IMG/VR virus record: IMGVR_UViG_3300005077_000052
Coordinates: 1 to 37,153 of that record
Reading direction: 5' to 3' (one strand)
Length of the DNA: 37,153 nucleotides
Source: a virus
Lineage: Duplodnaviria > Caudoviricetes
The translations under genes and the position numbers were made by a program. The notes beneath the pieces are model-generated. The model had not been told where the DNA came from, did not search any database, and saw only the letters and a list, made by a program, of their open reading frames with translations. Shown one piece after another: positions 1 to 8,683 of this stretch. Each line of letters opens with the position of its first letter. The first letter of the stretch is position 1.

Positions 1-90
1 GATGGTCTTCTCCTTGGTCCGAATCAGGATGCCGAGGCCCTTGAATATGCTGGCAATCCCAAAGCAAATATTTGAGAGGGTGATTCTCAT
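1..90 (-). CDS. Partial ORF running off the window edge (MRITLSNICFGIASIFKGLGILIRTKEKTI...)
   Basis: ATG (88-90) overlaps the TAA stop of the 782-aa gene (TAATG coupling); frame is open to the window edge. Confidence 0.5.
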   Translation of the reverse strand, partial: MRITLSNICFGIASIFKGLGILIRTKEKTI

Positions 91-2438
91 TATCGCCCTA
101 TGTACAGCATTCCGCCGCCTGATCTAGGAAGCAATACCGTTCCAGTTCCGTTCGGCGTGAATTGGTTAAGGGTTTTTGATTTGAGCTTAACCGTGATAAT
201 GTCATCTGCGTCAGTATCGGCAAGACCTGAAAGATCAACATGACCACCGCCTTTAAGGATTAAAGTTGCCCCGGCCCGAACTGCATAATCTGCCGGAGCG
301 TAGTCGTCTTCGGTGATTGTCAAAGAAGTCCTGCCGTCATAGGCTCCGATGTTCGGGGTAAAAAGAACGTCACGGCCAAGGATATCGGTTGCTGGAGTTG
401 CTTGATTGTGGATGCCATCAATTATTGTTCCAGCTCCGTTTGCTGGAGAAGTGGATAATGGTATAAAATTGTAAGTATCATCCCATGTTACAGTACACAC
501 ACGATCCACAACTGTACCACGGGATCGAAGATCAGTAATTAATCCTCTTAAAGAGTAAAATACATTTCCAGTTGCCGACTTTACTCCAGCTATAATATCT
601 AACCAGTTCTGCACACTCAATTCATTGACGTGCCCATAAAAAACGCAAACCCCGCCTGACCAAGCCATAAACTCTCCCAGGGCCGCAGAATCCCTTTCTA
701 TTTCATCTGTACCTATTAACCCTCCATATGTAGTCGGGCCGTAAAGGTTGTATAAATCAACTCCGGTTGACGTGTTACTTTGTTCATCCGCCACAGCACC
801 CCTTGCGCCCTTATAAGCCGTGACCCCCAATGGTGAGAAGTTGCTGTCATCAGCCAAAAAAGCCCGTAGATCAGCAGAGGTGTCGTTATATGGGTGTATA
901 AATACGTCGCAAGTCCAGCCAGAAACATATGCGCTTAAAGCCTGTTCAATTAAATATTTGGGATAAACTGTTTCCATGTACCAGAATTTATTTTGGTTAA
1001 GTGGGGTTGTAGTAGGTGCTGCATTAAAATCATCAATGCAAACAGCATGAACAGAAGCAAGGTTTGCGTTTGTGCCAGTGTCGAGAGTAACAGTCCAGTT
1101 AGTTGAATCATAGGCATCAACGAGCGTTTCGAGTTGGGCCAATGATGTTGCATCGGCTGGTATATTAATCACATAGGGTTCAACATTTACATTGTCTGAC
1201 AAGGTGATAGTGCCACTCCAGTTTGTCGGATCGGGATCTGTTCTATTCATAGATATTGCGACATTTGCCCCCGCACGAGTTGATGAAAACAAAACTCCGT
1301 CCAAAACTGTTAATTTGGGGTGATTAAGAGAATTACAGGCAACATCATCAGTGTCTAAGTATGTGCTAAGTTCTTCCCAGGTACCATAAGCATCAAAATA
1401 ATCATCTGCCCCATCAACGGCAAAAGTAATAGGTACATTTGTAGCATCCGCAAGGCTTTTAAAAAAAGCATAACTGCGGGAATCATCAATCACGATTGAA
1501 AAGAACCCTTGCCTACGGGATTCTTGCCATTTAGGGCTTACATATTGGCTGTTTGTGATTGTGACATCACCAGTATATAAATAATCTTCTATGGTAGCGT
1601 TTGGTAAAATATTACAATAGTCAGCGGTTATTGCCCCGGTCCCGTCTAATACCCGGTAACCATGAAATCCAGATCCGCCAACAATAGAATTTTTAAGGTT
1701 TATTGAGCCAGCAGCATTGGATGCCCAGATTGAACGAGCACCAACTCCCCAAACGACTGAATTATATAGATGCGCTATCCCGGCGGACACAACAATACCA
1801 GATATATTACTGCCATAGAAAATGGAGTTTGTTCCAGTAAGAGTGCCCGAACCTGTTTTATAAACAAGCCGAATGGTTACATCAGAAAAGAAACTATTTT
1901 TTACAGCCACCGTACCTGTGGAAGTGTCGTATAATCCAAAAGCAAACCCGGTTATATCCATGTCCTCTATAGTTACAGCAGAAGCATTCCGTATGTACGC
2001 ACCATATTCGCCGGCAGCGGGATTTGTATGCCGTATGGTGAACCCTTTTATTGTAGCCGTCGCATCAGTTGCTCTAAAGCCGTATGTCTTGGCAGTTAAT
2101 TCCCAGGTTACTGGACCAGAATGGGAGGCATAATCTGTGTCACTTGGAACGGCGGCTCTTACGGTTATACCATTATTTAGTACAAAGTAATCGCTAGAAG
2201 TGACATCAGCATCAACATAAGTAATACCCGAAACACCACCACCTATCACAAGCTCAGTGGAAGCATTAGCGGCAACCTGTAAAGTACCGGAAGTGTCGGC
2301 AGCCGTGGGCCAAGCTCCTGCTTTATAACGTACCGTTCCGGCTATCTTTTCAGCATAATAAGTCGCCCCCCACCCATTCCCGGCCAGGGAGAAGAAAAGG
2401 AGGATGATTGATAAAATTGCAAGAGAGAGTTTTTTCAT
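90..2438 (-). CDS. Signal-peptide protein: right-handed beta-helix (pectin-lyase-like) plus NodB/CE4 polysaccharide deacetylase-like domain
   Basis: N-terminus MKKLSLAILSIILLFFSLAGNGWGA is Sec-type; parallel beta-helix-like repeats (TIKGFTIR, AVKNSFF, NLKNSIVG); CE4-like motifs FSIVIDD, NSLNHPKL, FIHPYN, YKGARG, VFYGH. Confidence 0.7.
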   Translation of the reverse strand: MKKLSLAILSIILLFFSLAGNGWGATYYAEKIAGTVRYKAGAWPTAADTSGTLQVAANASTELVIGGGVSGITYVDADVTSSDYFVLNNGITVRAAVPSDTDYASHSGPVTWELTAKTYGFRATDATATIKGFTIRHTNPAAGEYGAYIRNASAVTIEDMDITGFAFGLYDTSTGTVAVKNSFFSDVTIRLVYKTGSGTLTGTNSIFYGSNISGIVVSAGIAHLYNSVVWGVGARSIWASNAAGSINLKNSIVGGSGFHGYRVLDGTGAITADYCNILPNATIEDYLYTGDVTITNSQYVSPKWQESRRQGFFSIVIDDSRSYAFFKSLADATNVPITFAVDGADDYFDAYGTWEELSTYLDTDDVACNSLNHPKLTVLDGVLFSSTRAGANVAISMNRTDPDPTNWSGTITLSDNVNVEPYVINIPADATSLAQLETLVDAYDSTNWTVTLDTGTNANLASVHAVCIDDFNAAPTTTPLNQNKFWYMETVYPKYLIEQALSAYVSGWTCDVFIHPYNDTSADLRAFLADDSNFSPLGVTAYKGARGAVADEQSNTSTGVDLYNLYGPTTYGGLIGTDEIERDSAALGEFMAWSGGVCVFYGHVNELSVQNWLDIIAGVKSATGNVFYSLRGLITDLRSRGTVVDRVCTVTWDDTYNFIPLSTSPANGAGTIIDGIHNQATPATDILGRDVLFTPNIGAYDGRTSLTITEDDYAPADYAVRAGATLILKGGGHVDLSGLADTDADDIITVKLKSKTLNQFTPNGTGTVLLPRSGGGMLYIGR

Positions 2439-2451
2439 CTTTCAACCACTC

Positions 2452-2823
2452 CTACTGTTTAATAGTATTGTAATAAACTTTATATGTAACAGTTCCTGCT
2501 GTTGTTACATCTATATAAATTCCATCATTCATTTTAATAGGAGGTAAAAAACTTAATACGTGATTAGTATTGTCAGCAGGATCAAAAACTATTGTGGGAA
2601 TTATCTTAGTCCCCGAAGTCGATGTACCATCATAGATATCAACTGTAACTGTGTTTGAACCGTCAGTTATAATTAAAATGCCTGTGAAATTACTATAACC
2701 TGTGTAAATTAAAGCATCAGCTGTTTTATCTGTTGAATAAATTAAGTTGTTAGCTGACACAGTTGCAACTGTTGATGAAATGATTAAAAAGGTGAGGATG
2801 ATTGAAAGGGTTAATTTGAACAT
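2452..2823 (-). CDS. Small signal-peptide-bearing beta-rich protein (hypothetical)
   Basis: ORF 2452..2838; the GGAG RBS favours the ATG at 2823 (MFKLTLSIILTFLIISSTVATVSA), a hydrophobic leader with an Ala-ending cleavage-like site. Confidence 0.65.
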   Translation of the reverse strand: MFKLTLSIILTFLIISSTVATVSANNLIYSTDKTADALIYTGYSNFTGILIITDGSNTVTVDIYDGTSTSGTKIIPTIVFDPADNTNHVLSFLPPIKMNDGIYIDVTTAGTVTYKVYYNTIKQ

Positions 2824-2873
2824 AATTTTCTTCTCCATTTAAATTAAATTTAAATTTAGATTTAGATTCATTG

Positions 2874-2896
2874 CTGTATGCATAAAATGCATACAG
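2874..2896. repeat. Dispersed palindrome copy 1 (CTGTATGCA TAAAA TGCATACAG)
   Basis: Read directly; intergenic. Confidence 0.95.
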
Positions 2897-3008
2897 GGAT
2901 CAGCCAATTTCTAATGAAAATTAACTGTGCTTATGTTGAGATGATTGCGATGGTGATAGTGTTGACGTAGATCTCGATGTTGGTCTCGTCACTTGCGTGA
3001 CCTGTAAA

Positions 3009-3587
3009 TCACCCATTTTTCCCTAACACCTCAACAGCTCTCATCTTCATCTCATCTAACTCTTCTTTAGTAAAATGAAGATTAATGTTTTGTGTCTTAA
3101 TGTTCTGTGTCGGCTTGCCCATATATCTATCCAACAAATTGTTGAACTCTTTAACCCTCAATCTTTGGGAGACCGGCTCATTGTCTAATGATCCTGAGTT
3201 TATAATCTCACTCAGGCCAAGAAGAACTTTTGGCACAAGATTTTTAATCTGTTTATTAATGTCAATAATCTCACCTTCAGCAGCAGCGTGCATTAAAGCC
3301 AGTTGGTCTTTAATAATTGGTGAATTTTTAACTGTGGAAACAAGATGGGGTGAACAGTTGAGAGTTGCACAGATTTCCTCATTACTATAGCCAAGAAAGA
3401 GGAGATCTTTAATCTGGTGGTGGCGGTTCTGAATTTCAGTAACCTGCCACTTATGCTCACCAGTTAAACTTGGCCTGCTCTCACCTTTACTTTTCTTAAC
3501 TTTATCTGGCGTTAAGAAACTTCGCTGCTCTTCAACGAAGTCATTATAAAGTTCAGCACAATCTTCATCCATCAATTCAGATAACAT
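3009..3587 (-). CDS. HTH protein, probable terminase small subunit
   Basis: HTH-like RHHQIKDLLFLGYSNEEICATLNCSPHLVSTVKNSP; C-terminal LLDRYMGKPTQ typical of TerS-like proteins; first gene of the leftward operon. Confidence 0.6.
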   Translation of the reverse strand: MLSELMDEDCAELYNDFVEEQRSFLTPDKVKKSKGESRPSLTGEHKWQVTEIQNRHHQIKDLLFLGYSNEEICATLNCSPHLVSTVKNSPIIKDQLALMHAAAEGEIIDINKQIKNLVPKVLLGLSEIINSGSLDNEPVSQRLRVKEFNNLLDRYMGKPTQNIKTQNINLHFTKEELDEMKMRAVEVLGKNG

Positions 3588-3631
3588 TTCAAGCTCATTT
3601 AAATTAAAAGGGTTAGTTTAATGATAATTCA

Positions 3632-3660
3632 ATTATGAATTAAAAATAAATTGATGTCAA
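3632..3660 (-). promoter_or_regulatory. Sigma70-type promoter for the leftward operon
   Basis: Minus strand TTGACA (3660-3655), 17-bp spacer, CATAAT (3637-3632), just upstream of the 3587 start. Confidence 0.65.
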
Positions 3661-3994
3661 TAGGCAAATTTAAAATGAAATAAAATTTACAAAGCTCAAC
3701 CTTCAGTTAAATTCTAAATTAGTTTAACTGTTGAATTAGTTAGGTTAACTTAATCCCTTTAAGGTAAGTGGGTGATTTGAAACAAATTTATCATTTCCAA
3801 AACTTCGTCCTAAATGTAGTTAAAAGGTATGAATAATTTCCAAGTCACCTTCCCCCATTCGCCTTTAACTCTTCAAACAAATTTTCAACTTCATCCAACC
3901 TACATTCAACCTATTGAATGAACTTCGTTCAGTTAGTTAATGACATTTAATTAGTTTATCCAACCTATTCATTCAATGAATGGCTTTCAGTCAG

Positions 3995-4044
3995 TTGTCA
4001 TTATTTTGACAAGCTGTCAATATTTTGGCGTTAAGTTTTTGACA
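3995..4044. promoter_or_regulatory. Three tandem TGTCA-N6-TGACA-like palindromes; putative upstream activator sequences
   Basis: TTGTCA-TTATTT-TGACAA (3995-4012), TGTCA-ATATTT-TGGCG (4015-4030), CGTTA-AGTTTT-TGACA (4029-4044), about 90-135 bp upstream of the predicted sigma54 start. Confidence 0.6.
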
Positions 4045-4063
4045 CATTTTTTAATTGATTTTA

Positions 4064-4076
4064 TAACCAGTTGATT
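4064..4076 (-). promoter_or_regulatory. IHF binding site
   Basis: Reverse complement AATCAACTGGTTA matches WATCAANNNNTTR; lies between the UAS and the -24 box. Confidence 0.6.
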
Positions 4077-4103
4077 TTATTCAATATTTTTTTAATTCAT
4101 ACC

Positions 4104-4120
4104 TTGGCACAATGATTGCA
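4104..4120 (+). promoter_or_regulatory. Sigma54 (RpoN) -24/-12 promoter
   Basis: TTGGCACAATGATTGCA: GG (4106-4107), 10 nt, GC (4118-4119), matching TGGCAC-N5-TTGCW. Confidence 0.75.
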
Positions 4121-4148
4121 ATGATTATTTTCAACAATGTTTCAATCC

Positions 4149-4171
4149 CTGTATGCATATTTTGCATACAG
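4149..4171. repeat. Dispersed palindrome copy 2 (CTGTATGCA TATTT TGCATACAG)
   Basis: Read directly; between the sigma54 promoter and the first RBS. Confidence 0.95.
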
Positions 4172-4198
4172 CAATTCAAATTAAAAGGAGATTAAACC

Positions 4199-4546
4199 AT
4201 GAAAAAAGACATTACTATGAAATTGAAAGTTACAGGTACAGGGAAAGATGATCCAAGTTATAAAATCACCTTGGATTTCAATTTTGACAATTGCTCAAAT
4301 GAGCAAATGATTGATTGGGCACTGGCCAATCGGGTAGTTGTTTGGCAGAATGCTAACAGAGACCTGACAGTTGATGAACTTCTGGCTATGGATGGAAAGA
4401 CCGTTGATGTAACTAATATGGGATCAAAGAAGGCTAAAACGGTCAGACCTATGACTTTTGAAGAAATGATAGCTTATATTAAAACCCTACCCGAAAATGA
4501 AAGGGCTGTAGCAATCAACAAATTGATGGATATAGATAAAAATTAA
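4199..4546 (+). CDS. Hypothetical early protein
   Basis: 115-aa ORF with a strong AAGGAG RBS. Confidence 0.8.
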   Translation: MKKDITMKLKVTGTGKDDPSYKITLDFNFDNCSNEQMIDWALANRVVVWQNANRDLTVDELLAMDGKTVDVTNMGSKKAKTVRPMTFEEMIAYIKTLPENERAVAINKLMDIDKN

Positions 4547-4609
4547 TCTAATGATTGAATAGGTTAAGTTTCAAGCGAAGCTTAACCTATTTAAATGATT
4601 AGATTAGTT
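4541..4609 (+). repeat. Long imperfect inverted repeat (about 32-bp arms); RNA hairpin or terminator/processing site
   Basis: AATTAATCTAAT..TTGAATAGGTTAAGTTTC / GAAGCTTAACCTATTTAA..ATTAGATTAGTT; several mismatches are G-U pairs on the + strand. Confidence 0.75.
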
Positions 4610-4644
4610 AAAATCTTAGTTCTTTGATAAGTTCTTTGAATGAT

Positions 4645-4850
4645 ACAAATGTTACATTGTTTTTATATAAAAAATGTAATATTGTCATATCGTCACATTG
4701 TATCAACGTCACATTGTTGTATGTTCCTCCTATTTTTCATTTTGGGTGCACACAGCAAGGGAGTCGCCTCCTTAGCCTATTACAAGTAAGTCTCTTATAA
4801 GGAAGGTGGGGCGATGGGGACACATGCCGTTGTTGTGACAAATGTTACAT
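4645..4850. repeat. Iteron-like short repeat region
   Basis: Six tandem 8-mers YGTnnnAW (4675-4722); CGTCACATTGT twice (4691, 4707); ACAAATGTTACAT twice (4645, 4838). Confidence 0.65.
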
Positions 4851-5051
4851 AATTGCATTGTGGCCTTTCAACCAGTTCAAAACCTAACACTATGTTGTAT
4901 AAAGGTAATGAAATGAATCTTTTAACTAATTTAGGTGATTTATTAAGTGAATTTCCTGGGGAATTTTTCCTCTGGCTTTTCATCTTACTTTTTATTCACA
5001 TTTCAACTAAACTTAAAGTTAAATCTAAACTTAAATCAAGGAGATAAATTT

Positions 5052-5546
5052 ATGAATAATGATCGGGTCATCACAGATGACAAGACCACAACTTCAATCA
5101 ATCAACCAACAGTTAACAATGAAATCACAAGTTTCAACAATCCAACTTTAAACAATCCAAATAATTCAATTCAACCTTCAGTTGACCTTCTTAAACAAAC
5201 TCAAAATGGTCTTGAAGTTGAAATTGACACCCTTAAATTTAAGAGATTTCAGCTCCTGACAGAGCTTGAAGATGTTGAAAAACAACTTAAGCCATTAATT
5301 AAAAAACATAAAGATGTAATTAAACAAATTTATATAGATGAAGGTAAAGTTACAATTTGCCCTGATTATTCAAGAGGTAAAATTGAATCAATTTCATCTG
5401 AATGTGAAATTAAAAAGGTTGAAAGGAAGAAGGAAATTAAAACAATGAATTTTGAGCAGATGGTTAAATCTGCTCAGACTTTGTCTGAATTTGATAAAGT
5501 TAAACTTTTAAAAACATTAGCTGATTTGAAAATTAAACTTAATTAA
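5052..5546 (+). CDS. Hypothetical coiled-coil protein
   Basis: ORF 4947..5546; GGAG RBS at about 5040 favours ATG 5052. Confidence 0.75.
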   Translation: MNNDRVITDDKTTTSINQPTVNNEITSFNNPTLNNPNNSIQPSVDLLKQTQNGLEVEIDTLKFKRFQLLTELEDVEKQLKPLIKKHKDVIKQIYIDEGKVTICPDYSRGKIESISSECEIKKVERKKEIKTMNFEQMVKSAQTLSEFDKVKLLKTLADLKIKLN

Positions 5547-5558
5547 AAGAGGTTAAAA

Positions 5559-5906
5559 ATGAAAAAACATTTGACTAATTTAGAAAGATTCAACCTGTAC
5601 AAATTTATTGAGGAGAATAAAGAGAAAATTGAATCAGGTGAAATTACCTCAACAATGATTCAAGAACAATTCAACCTCAGATCAAAATTTCCAATTCATG
5701 ATGCATTCAAAGTATTAGGCATTAAAGATAAGAAGGTTGTAGTTAGGGTGGCTTTAAAAAAGAATGATATTAAACAGATTCATAAATGGATAAGGAGTTT
5801 GGCCATAGCCATTAATGAAATGTCTGATGATTGTGGGAGCAAGCCATTTCAATCTGTTTTAAACATTATAAATGAAACATATTATTTAATTGAAGATGGA
5901 AATTAG
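5559..5906 (+). CDS. Hypothetical protein
   Basis: 115-aa ORF with GAGG RBS. Confidence 0.75.
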   Translation: MKKHLTNLERFNLYKFIEENKEKIESGEITSTMIQEQFNLRSKFPIHDAFKVLGIKDKKVVVRVALKKNDIKQIHKWIRSLAIAINEMSDDCGSKPFQSVLNIINETYYLIEDGN

Positions 5907-5921
5907 ATAAAATGTGAATTG

Positions 5922-5944
5922 CTGTATGCATTTTTTGCATACAG
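5922..5944. repeat. Dispersed palindrome copy 3 (CTGTATGCA TTTTT TGCATACAG)
   Basis: Read directly; perfect 14-bp arms when extended to 5917-5949. Confidence 0.95.
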
Positions 5945-6028
5945 CAATTAAACTTTTGACTTAATTAAATTAAGGAGATTTAAAAATGTTGAAAATGAAA
6001 GATAACTATAAAATTAAGAGGAGGTTAA

Positions 6029-6394
6029 ATGAGTCCAACTATCACAATTAGCTGTAGGGTGAATGTAAGATCACTTGCCCAAGTTGTCCTCTTCCTTGAA
6101 AAAGCAGGAGGGAAAATTAACTCAGGATCAAAGGCAGTTTATCTGTCCATTGAATTTCTATCTGCCCAACTTGACAAAAACCATTACTATAAACCTTCAA
6201 CAATTGAGGAGGCAGTTAAAATCATCAGCCCTTATTTAAATAACAGAAACAGGTCAAAAAAACTGTTAAATGCATTAGGTGAGGAAAATTTAAAATTTGA
6301 CCCTCTCCTCAATGTAGATAAAACTTGTGTTGAGAAGAAGGAGGAAATTGATCCATCTATGTTTAACGAAGTATTAAATAAATTGAAGGGGTAA
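6029..6394 (+). CDS. Hypothetical protein, possible ribbon-helix-helix N-terminus
   Basis: GGAGG RBS; alternating beta pattern TITISCRV followed by two helices. Confidence 0.6.
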   Translation: MSPTITISCRVNVRSLAQVVLFLEKAGGKINSGSKAVYLSIEFLSAQLDKNHYYKPSTIEEAVKIISPYLNNRNRSKKLLNALGEENLKFDPLLNVDKTCVEKKEEIDPSMFNEVLNKLKG

Positions 6395-6397
6395 ATT

Positions 6398-6754
6398 ATG
6401 AAATTTAAAGGTGTTAAAGTAATTCCATTTCCAGAAATAGAAAATGCCTATGTAGTTATATCAGCAAGATATAATGAAGAAAAATGCAACAAATGTGAGC
6501 CAATTATGTCTTTTCTCTATGCTAATGAGACAAGAGGTGTAGAATGGGAGCCAAGTTATGGTCCTATAACACTTCTTATTTCATGTGGTAACAGACACCC
6601 AGAAGCAAGAGAACATTTCTTCTTTCCTTACATAACAGGATATGGAAATTGGACACAGTTAGGCGTAAATGATAATCTTTTAGGAAGAAGATTTTCAAAA
6701 GGAGATTATGAAGGAATCTTTAATGTATTGAAAAGTTATATAGAGGAAGAATAA
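6398..6754 (+). CDS. Hypothetical protein
   Basis: 118-aa ORF packed in operon. Confidence 0.75.
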   Translation: MKFKGVKVIPFPEIENAYVVISARYNEEKCNKCEPIMSFLYANETRGVEWEPSYGPITLLISCGNRHPEAREHFFFPYITGYGNWTQLGVNDNLLGRRFSKGDYEGIFNVLKSYIEEE

Positions 6755-6866
6755 ATTATGAATACTTGTGCTAAATGTATTTACTATGGTAAACAATGTC
6801 CTGGTAATTATGCCGTAAGTGGAATCTTATAGTGTACGCTTTTTACTTATAACTCAGAAGGAGAAA

Positions 6867-7085
6867 ATGAAAATGAGAACCTCACACACCGAGCAAGTTA
6901 TTGATGGATTAAGTAGATTAATCTATCAAATAGCAGAAAATTTAAGCTCTGAACAGTATTATCCAGGACAAGATCCAGATAAAATGGATTCTGATATCGC
7001 AGATTTAACTAAACAGTTTAAAGCCTTAACTAAAATGCGTACAGATTTTGAAATAATCTGCACAAAATGTATAATTAAGGAGTAG
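6867..7085 (+). CDS. Hypothetical protein
   Basis: AAGGAG RBS before ATG 6867/6873 within ORF 6819..7085. Confidence 0.7.
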   Translation: MKMRTSHTEQVIDGLSRLIYQIAENLSSEQYYPGQDPDKMDSDIADLTKQFKALTKMRTDFEIICTKCIIKE

Positions 7086-7088
7086 AAA

Positions 7089-7268
7089 ATGAAAAACACA
7101 AAACACGAAGATATAAGACTTTTCACTAACCTTTACTACTTCGAAGACGGAGATGAATACTACACAGGTGATATTTATTCTTCAAAAGAAGAAGCTATGG
7201 CGAGTAAAGCAGCTTTTAAAACTTACATCTTCACGGCAGAACTTATGCATGTTGAAGAAAGGAGATAG
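7089..7268 (+). CDS. Hypothetical 59-aa protein (MKNTKHEDIRLFTNLYYFEDG...)
   Basis: Translated by hand; AAGGAG RBS; fills the gap between neighbours. Confidence 0.7.
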   Translation: MKNTKHEDIRLFTNLYYFEDGDEYYTGDIYSSKEEAMASKAAFKTYIFTAELMHVEERR

Positions 7269-7269
7269 G

Positions 7270-7479
7270 ATGAAATCTATCATCCTCTCTGCCTTGTTCG
7301 TCCTCATACTGTCCAGTTCAACCAGTACGAAGACGCCAGGCCAGTTCAACTACATGAACACATTCAAATCTTCAGGAGTAGGAATAAATCCTGTTTATGA
7401 AGCAAATAGAGAGTATAAGAAACCAAATGCACAGCTTAAGAAGAAAAACTTTATTCCAAGAAAATATAGGAGAAAATAA
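7270..7479 (+). CDS. Small protein with hydrophobic N-terminus and basic tail
   Basis: AAGGAG RBS before ATG 7270 (MKSIILSALFVLILSS...). Confidence 0.65.
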   Translation: MKSIILSALFVLILSSSTSTKTPGQFNYMNTFKSSGVGINPVYEANREYKKPNAQLKKKNFIPRKYRRK

Positions 7480-7481
7480 AA

Positions 7482-8081
7482 ATGGAAATAACTGAGAAAG
7501 ATATCGGAAGAAGGGTTTTGGTAAATGGTAAAGTAGACGAAGAAACTTTCACTAAGGAACTTGGAACAATTAAGTATATTGACAGCTGTTATAACATAGG
7601 TGTTGAATTTGATAAAGCAAGAAACAGTTTACATACTTGTAGCGGTTTTACTGAAGAAAACCGTGGCTGGTGGGTAAGAGAAGAACATATAACCTTTGTT
7701 GAAGATGAGAAGAAAACAGAAAAAGCATATTCTGGCCTTGACGTTGACTTGCCTGAAGTCCAGGCGTTGATTGGAAAGGAAGTGATGTTTTCAGATAATG
7801 GTATTAAGTGGTTAGGACCATTTAAATTGAAAAAATTTGATCCTTTAGACAATTATAAGTTTGTAAAAGAATTTCTTGTAAATTATAACTACATCAAAAC
7901 AATTCCAGAACCATTTATTTCTAATTGTTATTTCTGTGGTTCTTCAGCTACTTCTGTAATTACAACATACACAAGTGTCAAAGACAAAGTTGACGTTAAT
8001 GTAAGATGTAAAGCTTGTGAAGCAGATGGACCAAGAAAACCAACTAAAGAAGCTGCTATAAAAGCTTGGAATAAGGATTAA
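7482..8081 (+). CDS. Multidomain protein with C-terminal Lar (restriction alleviation)-like Zn domain
   Basis: CYFCG...VRCKACEADGP...TKEAAIKAWN is the Lar family pattern; N-terminal SH3-like IGVEFD...HTC..GWWV. Confidence 0.65.
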   Translation: MEITEKDIGRRVLVNGKVDEETFTKELGTIKYIDSCYNIGVEFDKARNSLHTCSGFTEENRGWWVREEHITFVEDEKKTEKAYSGLDVDLPEVQALIGKEVMFSDNGIKWLGPFKLKKFDPLDNYKFVKEFLVNYNYIKTIPEPFISNCYFCGSSATSVITTYTSVKDKVDVNVRCKACEADGPRKPTKEAAIKAWNKD

Positions 8082-8101
8082 AAATAGAAAAACATCAATT
8101 G

Positions 8102-8124
8102 CTGTATGCAGAAAATGTACACAG
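8102..8124. repeat. Dispersed palindrome copy 4 (CTGTATGCA GAAAA TGTACACAG)
   Basis: Read directly; variant right arm. Confidence 0.9.
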
Positions 8125-8162
8125 CGATTGAGCTTTAACTTAAATTTAAAAAAGGTGAATAA

Positions 8163-8396
8163 ATGAAAAAAGAAATGGTAGAGGTCATGAAAGAAAGCTT
8201 CAATGGAAGCGACGAAGAGCTTGCGGCCTATAGACAAGGCTTTTATACCGGATGGCTAAAGGCATTACAAAAAATAGACCAAGATAAGCATCCGTGCGGA
8301 ATATGTTTGAGGCTACTTGATGATCAACACAAAGGGCCTTGGTTGGTACACTGCCCAAACTGCGGCAGGAAATTGGAGAAGGAGAAGGAGGATTAA
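8163..8396 (+). CDS. Small zinc-ribbon protein
   Basis: CGIC...HCPNCGRKL. Confidence 0.7.
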   Translation: MKKEMVEVMKESFNGSDEELAAYRQGFYTGWLKALQKIDQDKHPCGICLRLLDDQHKGPWLVHCPNCGRKLEKEKED

Positions 8397-8683
8397 AATG
8401 TTTTATTTAAAAATGTATATTACTATTCAATTATGTGTTCATTTTATACTTGCAATTCTTTATTTAATATATGCTTTTCTTATATTTATTGAATATTTTA
8501 CGCAGTCATAAAGGAGGAATAGCTAATGATTAAAATAATTGTAGATAGTCTATTAGTCTTACTTGCTATGATAATGTTTTTACTTATCGGAGCAACTTTA
8601 CACGAAGCTGATATGGCAAGAAATTATAAAGAAACTGGTGATGCAAAAGCATGATTCTTTGAAATTAAGCAGTAAGGAATAAA

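Noticed and set aside
4795-5047. ORFs 4795..4983 and 4853..5047
   Set aside because: Weak starts overlapping the repeat region; a short hydrophobic ORF from ATG 4913 is possible but unsupported
8526-8676. Genome-wide TGA stop-codon reassignment
   Set aside because: Long genes are uninterrupted in the standard code and several end in TGA with ATGA overlaps
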